41,261 nucleotides of DNA from a candidate division WOR-3 bacterium (GCA_039801225.1 JBDRUH010000011.1:1-41261), one strand, 5' to 3'; positions 8,804 to 18,580 are shown, numbered from the stretch's first letter. Notes: generated by a model from the sequence alone, not told the origin. Numbers and translations: made by a program.

Positions 8804-9891
8804 TGCTTTATCACCTTCTCACTCCATTACAAGATATTTTTGGTCCTTTTAATCTTTTCCGTTATATCACATTTCGGGCAGCGATGGCTGGGGCGTGCGC
8901 AATTGTTCTGGTTCTTTTATTGGGTCAACCGCTCATAAGATTGGTGAAAAGACTCCAGATAGGACAGAACATTCGTGAGGAGGTCCCGGAAACGCATAGA
9001 AAGAAGGCGGGCACGCCAACTATGGGTGGCATTCTTCTCTTAGCAGCAACGATTATCGGCGTTTTATTATTTGGTGATTTAAAAAATCAGGGTATCCAGC
9101 TGGGTTTAGCGGTGCTGATTCTCTTAGGGGGGTTAGGTTTCTGGGATGACTATGTAAAAGTTAGGTGCGGTAAACCACGCGGGATAAATAAAAGAACGAA
9201 AATCGCCGGTCAACTTTTAGTAGCATTTTTCGTTGCCGCGGTACTTTTTTTCTTACCTATTAACCCGGGGTTAAAGACCAAAACGAACTTTCTCTTTTTT
9301 AAAAATGTTGTTATTGACTTCCGAGAATTTTATATACCGATGGTGATGTTTATCTTGATTGCCTGTGCCAATGCGGTAAATCTCAGCGACGGTTTGGATG
9401 GTCTTGCTTCTGGTCTCTTATCGGTGGCGTTTGTCATCTTTACCGCCCTTGCCTATGTGTCCGGTCATAGTAAGATTGCTCAATATCTCAACATACAGTT
9501 CGTTCCGGGAAGTGGTGAGATGGCGGTTTTTTCCTTTGCCCTGGCCGGAGCTTGTTTAGGTTTTCTCTGGTTTAATGCTTATCCGGCGGAAATTTTTATG
9601 GGTGATACCGGTTCATTGCCTTTGGGTGGTGCGCTGGGTCTGGTGGCGATTATTGTCAAACATGAACTTTTGCTCCCGATTGTTGGGGGGGTTTTTCTTC
9701 TTGAGGCGGGTTCAGTCTTGTTACAGGTTTTGGTGTTTCACACTACCGGTGGTAAACGGCTTTTCAAGATGGCACCTTTTCACCATCATTACGAACTTAA
9801 AGGTTGGACTGAACCCAAAATAGTGACAAGGTTTATAATTCTGGCGGTTCTCTGCGGAATGCTGGCGTTAGCAACATTAAAGGTGCGGTAA
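8803..9891 (+). CDS. mraY: Phospho-MurNAc-pentapeptide translocase MraY
   Basis: KAGTPTMGG, DDY, NAVNLSDGLDGL, FMGDTGS, APFHHHYE. Confidence 0.97.
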   Translation: MLYHLLTPLQDIFGPFNLFRYITFRAAMAGACAIVLVLLLGQPLIRLVKRLQIGQNIREEVPETHRKKAGTPTMGGILLLAATIIGVLLFGDLKNQGIQLGLAVLILLGGLGFWDDYVKVRCGKPRGINKRTKIAGQLLVAFFVAAVLFFLPINPGLKTKTNFLFFKNVVIDFREFYIPMVMFILIACANAVNLSDGLDGLASGLLSVAFVIFTALAYVSGHSKIAQYLNIQFVPGSGEMAVFSFALAGACLGFLWFNAYPAEIFMGDTGSLPLGGALGLVAIIVKHELLLPIVGGVFLLEAGSVLLQVLVFHTTGGKRLFKMAPFHHHYELKGWTEPKIVTRFIILAVLCGMLALATLKVR

Positions 9892-11361
9892 ATGAGAGAA
9901 AAAAGACTGGAGAAAGAAGAAGGAAGACGACGGCTCCCGGTCCTCAGTCTTCGGTCTTTTTTAGAGGGTAAAAAGATACTAATTTTAGGGTTGGCCAGGG
10001 CGGGACAGGCGGCAGCGCGAGCGCTTTTAAAGGCAGGGGGGAAAGTTTATGGGTTTGATGAATCAGATACGGTATGGAGTTCTCCATCGGTCAGGCGACT
10101 GATGGAAAAAGGGCTCAATCAGGTTAAAAATTACCAAAGGCTTAAAATTGATTGGGTGATTACCAGTCCTGGGTTTAGTGACGACCATCCAGTGATTCAG
10201 TTCTTTAAGAAAAAAGGGAATGAGGTAGTAGATGAACTTGATTTTGCCAGCAGATTCCTCCCCGGGAATTTGATAGCGGTAACCGGTACCAACGGGAAGT
10301 CTACTACGGTGGCGTTGATTGCTACTATATTAAAATCGGCGGGCAAAAAGGTTTTTGAGGGAGGTAACCTCAGTCCGGGAAAACCGCTTTCTTATGCGCT
10401 CCTCTTACCACCCCAAGACTACTATGTTGTGGAGGTGTCCAGTTTTCAACTGGAGAGGGCACGATGGCTTAACCCTAAGGTGGCGGTTATTTTAAATCTA
10501 ACCCCAGACCATCTCAATCGGCATCATACGATGAAAGATTATATTGACTCCAAAGCACGCCTTCTGGATCTCCAAGGACCAGAGGGGTGGGCGGTTCTCA
10601 ACTACGATGATGATGAGGTCCGGGCGCTTAATACCCGAGGAAGTGCTCAGAAGGTCTATTTTTCCACTAAAAAGGAGGTCATGGGGGGGTATCTGAAGCG
10701 GGGTTGGATTTACTTTCGGGACTTGCTTGGACGAGAGAAGGTAGCCAGGGTTACCGACTTAAAACTTTTTGGGACACATAATTTGGAGAATGCACTGGCG
10801 GCGATAGCGGTAGCACGGCTTATAGGAATAGAAGTTTCTAAGGTAGGCAAAGGGCTGAAAAGTTTTACCGGTTTGGAACATCGCCTTGAGCCGATCCGGC
10901 GATTTCGGGGGGTTTATTACCTCAACAATTCAATGTGTACTAATCCAAGGGCAGGGGTTCGTTCTCTTGAGGCGGTACGCAACTCGCTTATCAAAGGTCG
11001 GCAGAAGATTATTCTCATTACCGGGGGAAAGGAAAAAGGGCTAGAGACAAGAGAGTATCTTGAAGCGATTAACCGTTGGGCTGCTTGGGTAATACTTATG
11101 GGCGAGAACCGATATCGGCTTGCTCAGGCGCTTAGCCAATTAGGGTATGAGAGTTTTGAAGTCATCCCTACAGAGTACGGAAGACGGAGGACGGAAAACG
11201 GCAGAAAGCGGGTTATGGAACTTGCGGTTGAGGCGGCGCGTAAGAGGGCGAAACGGGGTGATGTGGTTCTGTTTTCTCCAGCATTTGCCAGTTTTGATAT
11301 GTGGACTGACTTTCAAGAGAGGGGCAAGGTGTTCAAAGATGTGGTCAACCGGCTTGGTTAA
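9892..11361 (+). CDS. murD: UDP-MurNAc-Ala-D-Glu ligase MurD
   Basis: AVTGTNGKSTT, EVSSFQL, NLTPDHL, GLEHRLE, FSPAFASFD..F.ERG. Confidence 0.96.
   Translation: MREKRLEKEEGRRRLPVLSLRSFLEGKKILILGLARAGQAAARALLKAGGKVYGFDESDTVWSSPSVRRLMEKGLNQVKNYQRLKIDWVITSPGFSDDHPVIQFFKKKGNEVVDELDFASRFLPGNLIAVTGTNGKSTTVALIATILKSAGKKVFEGGNLSPGKPLSYALLLPPQDYYVVEVSSFQLERARWLNPKVAVILNLTPDHLNRHHTMKDYIDSKARLLDLQGPEGWAVLNYDDDEVRALNTRGSAQKVYFSTKKEVMGGYLKRGWIYFRDLLGREKVARVTDLKLFGTHNLENALAAIAVARLIGIEVSKVGKGLKSFTGLEHRLEPIRRFRGVYYLNNSMCTNPRAGVRSLEAVRNSLIKGRQKIILITGGKEKGLETREYLEAINRWAAWVILMGENRYRLAQALSQLGYESFEVIPTEYGRRRTENGRKRVMELAVEAARKRAKRGDVVLFSPAFASFDMWTDFQERGKVFKDVVNRLG
9901..9960. repeat. Heptamer-built hairpin in the murD 5' end
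   Basis: AAAAGACTGGA GAAAGAA GAAGGAA GAC ... CCCGGTC CTCAGTC TTCGGTC TTTT. Confidence 0.7.
11176..11203 (+). repeat. In-frame heptamer array near the murD 3' end
   Basis: TACGGAA GACGGAG GACGGAA AACGGCA. Confidence 0.7.
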
Positions 11362-11404
11362 TCAATATCGATATCAGCGGTCGTTAGTTGGTGCCCGGCG
11401 GCGT

Positions 11405-12658
11405 ATGCCATTCCGGCATTCAGTGTGGGATATTAATGAGGACAAGCCCAATGCTCCTGTGGACTACCTTCTTTTATTTATTATCGTGACACTCGTTCTC
11501 TTTGGCTTGGTGATAATCTATGCCGCTACTTATCATTTGGGGTTTCGTTATTTAAAACTGCAGGCAGGCAAGGCGCTCCTCGGTTTTTTAGCTCTCTGGT
11601 TGGGTAGTATATTAAACACCAATCGCTTGGCACAAAGAAAAGTACGCTGGTTTTTTCTGATTTTCATAGTAATTATCCTTATTGCAACGCTAATTTTTGG
11701 TGAGGTAGTAGGGGTGGCAAAACGGGTTCTTCAAGGATTTCAGCCGGCGGAGATTGCCAAGTTTATTCTTATTCTCTGGCTGGCGGGTTACTTTGCTCAG
11801 CTCCGTGAGTATAAGCCCAATGCCGGTTTTGTCGACTCAATAGTTAAACCAGGGTTGGTGGTTGGTGGGGTTATTTCCCTCACTTTACTTCAGCCAGCGA
11901 TTGGCACCAGTTTTATAATTGCCCTTTCCAGTTTTATCATTTTTATCCTTGCTGGAGTGAAATGGCGCTACTTATTTTTAGTTGGTTTATTTACCACACT
12001 GGCTATTTTGGTTGGGCTCCTCGTAGTGATACCCGGTTTAAAGAAGACCCAATACCGTTATATTCCGGACCGATTGGAGAAATTCCGCAATGGTGACCGT
12101 TACCAGCAGGTACAGGCTTTAATCGCCTTGGGTTCGGGTGGACCATTAGGTCGGGGTCTAGGTGAGGGACGCCAGAAGTACTACTTTCTTCCGAAACTGC
12201 ACAAGGACTTTATATTCTGTTCAATTGGTGAAGAATTTGGTTTCTTTGGGTGTTTGGTGATAATGGGTTTATATCTCCTTTTTTTGATTCGGTGTTTGCG
12301 AATCGGTCAACAAGCACCAAGTGATTTTGGCTACCTTCTTACCTCGGGTATTGCGACAACGATTTTTCTATATGCAGTGGTTCATCAGGCGGTGGCGTTA
12401 AGCGTGATACCCACTACTGGTCAGCCACTGCCCTTTATATCTTACGGCGGTTCGGCCCTGTTGGCCAATCTTTTCGCCGCCGGAATGGTCTTAAAAGTAT
12501 CAAGGTATCGGACTTTTCGTCCCTTCGTGGGTACAGATAGTCGATTTGGGAGGAATGGAATTGGAGAAAACTTTATTGGCGCCACCTGGAGTAAAGGTTT
12601 TAATGGTGGCGGGTGGAACCGGTGGGCATATTTTCCCCGCGCTCGCTCTCGCTCGTGA
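11405..12658 (+). CDS. ftsW: SEDS family peptidoglycan polymerase FtsW
   Basis: FQPAEIAK, YQQVQALIALGSGG..G.GLG, LP..HKDFIF..IGEEFG, IPTTGQPLPFISYGGS. Start uncertain: ORF start 11147 overlaps murD, so ATG 11405 was chosen. Confidence 0.92.
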   Translation: MPFRHSVWDINEDKPNAPVDYLLLFIIVTLVLFGLVIIYAATYHLGFRYLKLQAGKALLGFLALWLGSILNTNRLAQRKVRWFFLIFIVIILIATLIFGEVVGVAKRVLQGFQPAEIAKFILILWLAGYFAQLREYKPNAGFVDSIVKPGLVVGGVISLTLLQPAIGTSFIIALSSFIIFILAGVKWRYLFLVGLFTTLAILVGLLVVIPGLKKTQYRYIPDRLEKFRNGDRYQQVQALIALGSGGPLGRGLGEGRQKYYFLPKLHKDFIFCSIGEEFGFFGCLVIMGLYLLFLIRCLRIGQQAPSDFGYLLTSGIATTIFLYAVVHQAVALSVIPTTGQPLPFISYGGSALLANLFAAGMVLKVSRYRTFRPFVGTDSRFGRNGIGENFIGATWSKGFNGGGWNRWAYFPRARSRS

Positions 12659-13631
12659 ACTCGCTCAGCGGGAAGTGAAGGTTTTCTGGGCGGGCAGTGC
12701 AGAAGGAATGGAAAAAGATATAGTAGAAAAAAATGGTTTTGAGTTCTGCGAGATTAAGACAAATAGCCGACGGTTGAAAGCAAAAGGCAAGGTGCTTAAG
12801 AAATTATTTACCCTTCAATACGCATTGTTCACGATGCTGAATGGGTTTAAGGTATTAGACCGCATTAACCCACAAGGCATTATCGCTACTGGTAGTTATG
12901 CTGCCAGTGGAATTCTCTTTGCCGGTTTACTTCAGCGGAGGTCGTTCTTTCTTTTAGAACAGAACCGGATTCCAGGGAGAGTGACGAGGTTTTTTGCGCC
13001 CTTTGCTCGGGAGTCTTTTTTGACATTTCCTCCGGAGGGAGGATTTCCTGGTAGATATCAAATGGTCGGCACACCCCTTCGCGAGGAAATTTTACGGGTA
13101 AAACGGGAGGATGACGGGAAAACGGTTTTGGTTTTAGGCGGCAGTCAGGGTGCCCGGGCGTTAAACCTTGCCGGGTTGGATATGGCCGCCACTCTGCCCA
13201 ATTACCACTTTATCATTCTTACCGGTCGGCGGGACTATCAGATATGCAAGGCTTTAATCCGCTCGAAAAACTGTGAACTGGTGGAATGGACCGACCATCC
13301 AGAAGAACTTTACCAAAAGGCGACGATTGCGGTGTCCCGGGCAGGCGGTCTAGTAATCTCGGAACTACTTTCTTTGGGCATTCCGGCAATTTTAGTTCCC
13401 TATCCTTATGCAACGAGTGGTCATCAAGAGGCGAACGCTCGCTATCTTGAGTCGCTCGGTGCGGCAATCGTATTAAGAGAAAATCAACTCTCCGGGTTAG
13501 TGAGTTTAGTGCAGACCCTGCTCGGTGATGAAAAAAGACGAAAGGAGATGGCGATGCGAGCAAAAGCGGCTGCGAGACCCGATGCGGCGCAGGTAATAAC
13601 AGAAAGAATCCTTCAATGTTTGGGCGTTTAA
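12555..13631 (+). CDS. murG: Lipid I GlcNAc transferase MurG
   Basis: GGTGGHIFPAL, EQN, LGGSQGA, SRAG, HQEANA. Start is 12555 or TTG 12561. Confidence 0.95.
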   Translation: MELEKTLLAPPGVKVLMVAGGTGGHIFPALALARELAQREVKVFWAGSAEGMEKDIVEKNGFEFCEIKTNSRRLKAKGKVLKKLFTLQYALFTMLNGFKVLDRINPQGIIATGSYAASGILFAGLLQRRSFFLLEQNRIPGRVTRFFAPFARESFLTFPPEGGFPGRYQMVGTPLREEILRVKREDDGKTVLVLGGSQGARALNLAGLDMAATLPNYHFIILTGRRDYQICKALIRSKNCELVEWTDHPEELYQKATIAVSRAGGLVISELLSLGIPAILVPYPYATSGHQEANARYLESLGAAIVLRENQLSGLVSLVQTLLGDEKRRKEMAMRAKAAARPDAAQVITERILQCLGV

Positions 13632-15079
13632 AACGGATTCACTTTATTGGTGTTGGCGGAGTGGGTATGTCGGGGCTGGCGATATTGCTACATAACCTGG
13701 GATTTGAAGTGACCGGTTCTGATATTAAAGAAAGTGAAACTACCCGGAAACTGACCGCCAGTGGGATTAAAGTGGCAATAGGTCACACCCCAGAGAATAC
13801 TCAGGGCGCCGAAGTAGTAGTTTACTCCACGGCTATCCCTCAAGATAACCCGGAACTTCAGTTTGCTCAGGCAAGAGGGATGGTGGTAATAAAAAGGGCG
13901 GAGATGCTGGCGGAGTTGATGCGGCTAAAGTTCTCTATTGCCATTGCCGGCAGTCATGGCAAAACTACCACAACCTCGCTGGTGACCCACATTCTTTTCC
14001 GCGCCGGGCTTGACCCAACAGCGGTGATTGGCGGAAGAATTGTTGGTGACGACACCGGTGCGCGATTAGGGCGGTCTGAGTACCTGGTAGCGGAGGCGGA
14101 CGAAAGCGACCGTTCCTTTTTGTTACTTTATCCGGCTATTGCGGTGGTTACCAACATTGAAGAAGAACACCTTGATTTCTATCGCAACCTTGCCGACTTA
14201 AAGCGGGAGTTCATCAAATTTGTTAACCGGGTGCCATTTTACGGCACGGTCATCCTCGGAATTGACTGCCCAGCGGTGCGACAGATTCGGGCAAAAGTCA
14301 AGAGAAAAGTTCTCACCTATGCCTTGAACCAGCCCGCCGACTTTTTGGCAAAAGACCTTCAGTTATACCGCTTTTCCTCTGCCTGGACGCTACTTTTTAA
14401 CTCTAAGGAGGTGGGTAGATTCAGCCTGCCAATGCCGGGCAGACACAATGTTTCAAATGCCCTGGCAGCAATTGCGGTTGCCACTGAATTGGGGGTGGAT
14501 TTCAAAACCATTGAACAGGCGCTCAACACATTCACTGGAGTTCACCGTCGGATGGAAAAACGGGGTGAAAAACACGGAGTTATCATTTACGACGATTACG
14601 GTCATCACCCCACCGAGGTCAAAGTTACACTTGAGGCTTTACGCACCGCCTATCCAGAGGACCGGATTATTGTTGTCTTTCAGCCTCACCGATACACCAG
14701 AACAAAATTATTAGCCCAGGAGTTTGGCAAAAGTTTTGACCAGGCGGACGAAGTGATTATTACCCGAATTTACCCGGCGGCAGAACCGCCGATTCCTAAT
14801 GTTGATGAACTACTCATTGTTCAAGAAATTCAGAAAAACTCAAGACCGGGTTTAATAGTTCATCACATTCCGGAACTTAACCAAGTGCCAGATTTTCTTA
14901 AACGGCTAACCGCCGACAGCCGATACCAGAAGACGATAATTCTTACTCTTGGTGCTGGTAGTATTACCCATCTTGCGGAAGAAATCCTTAAACAGATGAC
15001 GGCTGACAGCGGACAGCCAACAGCCGACAGCCGCAGAGAGGTTGAGGCTGAGGCTAAGGAAAGCAAACCTAAACCTTGA
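13616..15079 (+). CDS. murC: UDP-MurNAc-L-alanine ligase MurC
   Basis: HFIGVGGVGMSG, AGSHGKTTT, EADESD, DDYGHHPTE, FQPHRYTRT, LGAGSI. Confidence 0.97.
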   Translation: MFGRLKRIHFIGVGGVGMSGLAILLHNLGFEVTGSDIKESETTRKLTASGIKVAIGHTPENTQGAEVVVYSTAIPQDNPELQFAQARGMVVIKRAEMLAELMRLKFSIAIAGSHGKTTTTSLVTHILFRAGLDPTAVIGGRIVGDDTGARLGRSEYLVAEADESDRSFLLLYPAIAVVTNIEEEHLDFYRNLADLKREFIKFVNRVPFYGTVILGIDCPAVRQIRAKVKRKVLTYALNQPADFLAKDLQLYRFSSAWTLLFNSKEVGRFSLPMPGRHNVSNALAAIAVATELGVDFKTIEQALNTFTGVHRRMEKRGEKHGVIIYDDYGHHPTEVKVTLEALRTAYPEDRIIVVFQPHRYTRTKLLAQEFGKSFDQADEVIITRIYPAAEPPIPNVDELLIVQEIQKNSRPGLIVHHIPELNQVPDFLKRLTADSRYQKTIILTLGAGSITHLAEEILKQMTADSGQPTADSRREVEAEAKESKPKP

Positions 15080-15082
15080 CTT
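14903..15082 (+). repeat. ACAGCCG-family heptamer arrays (14903-14930, 14992-15033) and a GAGGTT-type hexamer hairpin (15038-15082) in the murC 3' end
   Basis: ACAGATG ACGGCTG ACAGCGG ACAGCCA ACAGCCG ACAGCCG; GAGGTT GAGGCT GAGGCT AAGG ... CCTAAACCTTGACTT. Confidence 0.8.
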
Positions 15083-15083
15083 A

Positions 15084-16064
15084 ATGGTTTGGCAGGACGA
15101 ACTGACAGCGGTGGTTAAAAAGTTTGGTGGTCAGGTGAAATTTAACCAACCTCTTGCTCCTTACACCAGTTTCAAAATCGGTGGTCCAGCGGATGCGCTA
15201 ATTGTAGTGAAAAACTCCCCGGCGCTCATTGAAATTATTAAAATAGCGCAAAATCACCATCTCAACTTCACCGTTTTAGGTCGGGGCACCAATGTCCTGA
15301 TTTCCGATCAGGGGTTACGGGGTCTGGTAGTGAAACTTGCCGGAGAATTCACCCAAATTACTTTCGGCCGTCGGCTTTCGGCTGTTGGCTGTTGGCTAAT
15401 TAAGGTGGGTGCCGGGGTATTAATGGACAGTGTTGCGGCAACAGCGGAAAAACTTGGGCTGACCGGCGCTTTTTTCCTCGCCGGTATCCCGGGCACAGTA
15501 GGTGGCGGTCTCTCAACTAATGCTGGTGCCTTTGGGCACACAATTGCCGAGATAATTGAAGAGGTGATTGCGGTAGAAACGGCTGTCGGCTGTCGGCTTT
15601 TGACTGTCGGCCGGAAGGAATTAAGGAACGAATATCGCGCTCCGGTGATTCCCGATGGTTTAATTGCGCTCTGGGTGATTTTCCGGCTCAAAAAAGGAAG
15701 GTCAGAGACACCCGTTTCGGCAATTAGAAAACAGCGCAGATTAAAACATCCCAATGAACCATCTGCCGGCTCTTTTTTCAAAAACCCGACCGATTCGGCT
15801 CCCGGAATAACCGCAGGAAGGTTAATAGAGGAATGTGGGCTCAAAGGCTTAAAAATTGGTGGTGCGAAGATATCGGAAAAACATGCCAACTTCATCATTA
15901 ACGAGGGCGGTGCCCGTTTCAGCGATGTATACGAAACTGTTCAGGTTGTTAAGGCAACGGTTGAAGAAAAAACCGGCATTCTTCTTGAGGAAGAGGTACA
16001 GATTTTACCTCTATCAATTCAAAAGGCAAAATGCAAATGGCAAAACTCAAAACGAAGAATCTAA
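15084..16064 (+). CDS. murB: UDP-N-acetylenolpyruvoylglucosamine reductase MurB
   Basis: TSFKIGGPA, LGRGTNVL, GIPGTVGG..NAGA, SAGSFFKNP, SEKHANF, LEEEV. ATG 15084 is preferred. Confidence 0.95.
   Translation: MVWQDELTAVVKKFGGQVKFNQPLAPYTSFKIGGPADALIVVKNSPALIEIIKIAQNHHLNFTVLGRGTNVLISDQGLRGLVVKLAGEFTQITFGRRLSAVGCWLIKVGAGVLMDSVAATAEKLGLTGAFFLAGIPGTVGGGLSTNAGAFGHTIAEIIEEVIAVETAVGCRLLTVGRKELRNEYRAPVIPDGLIALWVIFRLKKGRSETPVSAIRKQRRLKHPNEPSAGSFFKNPTDSAPGITAGRLIEECGLKGLKIGGAKISEKHANFIINEGGARFSDVYETVQVVKATVEEKTGILLEEEVQILPLSIQKAKCKWQNSKRRI
15361..15614 (-). repeat. Two reverse-orientation ACAGCCG-family arrays inside murB (15361-15398, 15580-15614)
   Basis: CTTTCGG CCGTCGG CTTTCGG CTGTTGG CTGTTGG and CGGCTGT CGGCTGT CGGCTTT TGACTGT CGGCCGG; both are reverse complements of the murC array units. 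Confidence 0.8.
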
Positions 16065-16103
16065 GAGATTTGAGATTTGGCTTTTGGCTTTTGGGCTTTG
16101 CCT
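16004..16103. repeat. 100-bp imperfect palindromic dispersed repeat, copy 2 (overlaps the murB 3' end)
   Basis: Direct repeat of 5141-5240; encodes the MurB tail SIQKAKCKWQNSKRRI. Confidence 0.9.
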
Positions 16104-16160
16104 TTTGTCTTCTCCTAAAGTCGGGCTCTGGCCGGGTTCCAAACGAAAGGAGGTCTTTAT

Positions 16161-17387
16161 ATGGGTAGATTGCGGAGAATTGGTGCGATTGACCTCGGTA
16201 GCACCAAGGTCAGTTCTATTATTGCCGAAGTTGACCCAACCGGCAAGATTGAAATAAAGGGTTTTGGCACCGCCCCACCAGAAGGATTCCGTCTTGGGGT
16301 GGTCATAAGTTTAGACAAAGCGGTTGAATCGGTGGCATCAGCTATTGAGCAGGCAGAGAAGATGGCGCAGTATCGGTTTGGTGCAACTCAGGTATTCTGC
16401 AGTATTACTGGAGACCATGTGAAATACCTCCCTGGCCTGGGAGCGGTTCCGGTCAACCGACCTCCCAAAGGGATTCAGCGCCGGGATGTTGAGGATGTGA
16501 TAAGACAGGCGCAGACCATCAGATTGCCCAACGATGAGCAGATACTCCATGTCATTCCCACCCAGTTTATTGTTGACGGTCAAAAAGGGGTGCGCAACCC
16601 GTTGGGTCTTTTTGGCATAAGGCTGGAGGTGGAGGCGCTCTTAATAATCGTGGCACTCACCGCAATTGAGAACATCTACCGGGTGTTAGAACGGCTGGAG
16701 ATTAAAAATCGCACCTTGGTTCTTCAATCCTTAGCAACATCATTTGCAGTCTGTGACGAAGCGGATAAAGAGTTGGGCTGTGCAGTAATTGACCTTGGCG
16801 GTGTGACCGATGTTTCTATCTATCGGGATGGAGAAATTCGTTTTACTAAAATGCTACCGGTGGGTGCCAGTAATATCACCAAAGATGTGGCGATTGGTTT
16901 GAGGACCTCCTATCAAGAGGCGGAGAGGGTAAAGCGCGAATATGGTGTAGCGCTAGCAGCAAGTATTGAGCGGGATGAACCACTGACAATAGAAGATGCC
17001 TCCGGACGAGGTCCCAAGCAGGTTTCCCGGCGGTTGCTCGCTTCAATTATTGAACCAAGGGTTGAGGAACTTCTAAATTTAGCCGATGCTGAGATTCGCA
17101 AATCGCAACTGGCGGACGGACTTTCCGGAGGGGTTATTCTTACTGGCGGGGGCGCACTTTTGAGGGGAGTTGATATTCTTGCCGAGCAAATTTGTGGTAT
17201 GCCGGTAAAAATCGGCCGACCCGACTGTGTTAACGGACCAAGGGAAGTGGTGACTAACCCGGCTTTTGCTACCGGAGTGGGACTTATTCGCTGTGCGGTG
17301 GAGGGAAAAGCCAGGCATTTTCATCAGTTACCTTCGCCAAACTTGTGGCAGCGGTTCTGGGATGATGTTAGAGGTTGGTTTTCGTGA
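16161..17387 (+). CDS. ftsA: Cell division protein FtsA
   Basis: IDLGSTKV, VIDLGG.TD, AERVKREYG, GVILTGGGALL, ATGVGL and a C-terminal amphipathic helix. Confidence 0.96.
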   Translation: MGRLRRIGAIDLGSTKVSSIIAEVDPTGKIEIKGFGTAPPEGFRLGVVISLDKAVESVASAIEQAEKMAQYRFGATQVFCSITGDHVKYLPGLGAVPVNRPPKGIQRRDVEDVIRQAQTIRLPNDEQILHVIPTQFIVDGQKGVRNPLGLFGIRLEVEALLIIVALTAIENIYRVLERLEIKNRTLVLQSLATSFAVCDEADKELGCAVIDLGGVTDVSIYRDGEIRFTKMLPVGASNITKDVAIGLRTSYQEAERVKREYGVALAASIERDEPLTIEDASGRGPKQVSRRLLASIIEPRVEELLNLADAEIRKSQLADGLSGGVILTGGGALLRGVDILAEQICGMPVKIGRPDCVNGPREVVTNPAFATGVGLIRCAVEGKARHFHQLPSPNLWQRFWDDVRGWFS

Positions 17388-17473
17388 TAAGTTGTTGGTT
17401 TTTTTAGTCATTGATGATTATTAGTATACTGATAGTAACGGTCGTAAAATATAAATTATGAAAAGGAGGCAAG

Positions 17474-18580
17474 GTGATTGAACCGATAGTAGAAGAAAGG
17501 AGTCTGACACGAATTGGTGTGTTTGGAATTGGTGGTGCGGGTTGCAACGCGGTTAATCATATGGTTGATGTTGGACTCCGTGGTGTTGAACTGTATTCGG
17601 TGAATACCGATCTTCAGGCGCTTTCAATGTCGCTGGCGCCAAACAAGATCCAGATCGGCGCCCAGCTCACCGGTGGTCTGGGTTCTGGGGGTGATCCGAA
17701 AATCGGGCGTCAAGCGGCGGAGGAGTCAATAGAGATATTACGAGAAAACCTCGCCGGGTTTGATATGGTGTTCATTGCTGCTGGCGAGGGAGGTGGTACC
17801 GGGACTGGTGCAGCGCCGATAGTCGCCGAGGAGGCGAAACGACAGGGTGCACTGGTAGTAGCGGTGGTAACCCGTCCCTTTGATTTTGAGGGAATAAAGC
17901 GTCAGCAAAAGGCCGAGGATGGTATTAACGCGCTCCGTCCTCATGTCGACACGCTGATAGTCATTTCCAACCAGCGGATTTTAGAAGTTTACGGTGCTCA
18001 ACCTTGTTTCGAGGCTTTTCGGCTTGCTGATGATGTTTTACTCAATGCGGTTCGTGGGGTATCCGAGATTGTTACGACTCAGCAACTTATTAACATTGAT
18101 TTTGCTGATGTGCGAGCGGTTATGAGTGAAAGGGGTGGTGCGCTTATATCAGTAGGAATTGCCCAAGGTGAAGGGCGGGCTTCAGAAGCGGCGCATCGGG
18201 CGTTGCGTTCGCCATTGATTGAAGATGTGTCAATTGAGAGTGCGCAAAGGATACTTTTAAATATCTCCGGTGATGAAACAATGACCCTTGAAGAGGTGAA
18301 TGAGGCGGCTTCGGTTATCTCTCAGGCAACAAACGGGCAAGCGGATATAAGAACCGGGGCAGCGAGGGCACCAGACTTAAAATCGGCGATGAAGGTTACT
18401 TTGATTGCTACCGGTCTTACTGAACCGTTACCCAAACTAAGGGATGTAAGTGATATACTATTTAACTCCGAATTTTTTTCTTCAGATGGCAAAGTTCGGC
18501 GGGGTGGTAAGGTGGAGAAGCCACAAATTGACAAGTTTGATCTGGAGGTGCCAACTTTTATTCGGCGGCAACTGGACTGA
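17474..18580 (+). CDS. ftsZ: Cell division protein FtsZ
   Basis: [31 protein letters not shown] and C-terminal [17 protein letters not shown]. Confidence 0.98.
   Translation: MIEPIVEERSLTRIGVFGIGGAGCNAVNHMVDVGLRGVELYSVNTDLQALSMSLAPNKIQIGAQLTGGLGSGGDPKIGRQAAEESIEILRENLAGFDMVFIAAGEGGGTGTGAAPIVAEEAKRQGALVVAVVTRPFDFEGIKRQQKAEDGINALRPHVDTLIVISNQRILEVYGAQPCFEAFRLADDVLLNAVRGVSEIVTTQQLINIDFADVRAVMSERGGALISVGIAQGEGRASEAAHRALRSPLIEDVSIESAQRILLNISGDETMTLEEVNEAASVISQATNGQADIRTGAARAPDLKSAMKVTLIATGLTEPLPKLRDVSDILFNSEFFSSDGKVRRGGKVEKPQIDKFDLEVPTFIRRQLD

Noticed and set aside
5141..16103. CRISPR array from the repeats
   Set aside because: No regularly spaced repeat-spacer units and no cas genes.
15856..16257. 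133-aa ORF as a hidden ftsQ
   Set aside because: Overlaps murB and ftsA, is largely the 100-bp repeat read in another frame, and has no POTRA-like domain.
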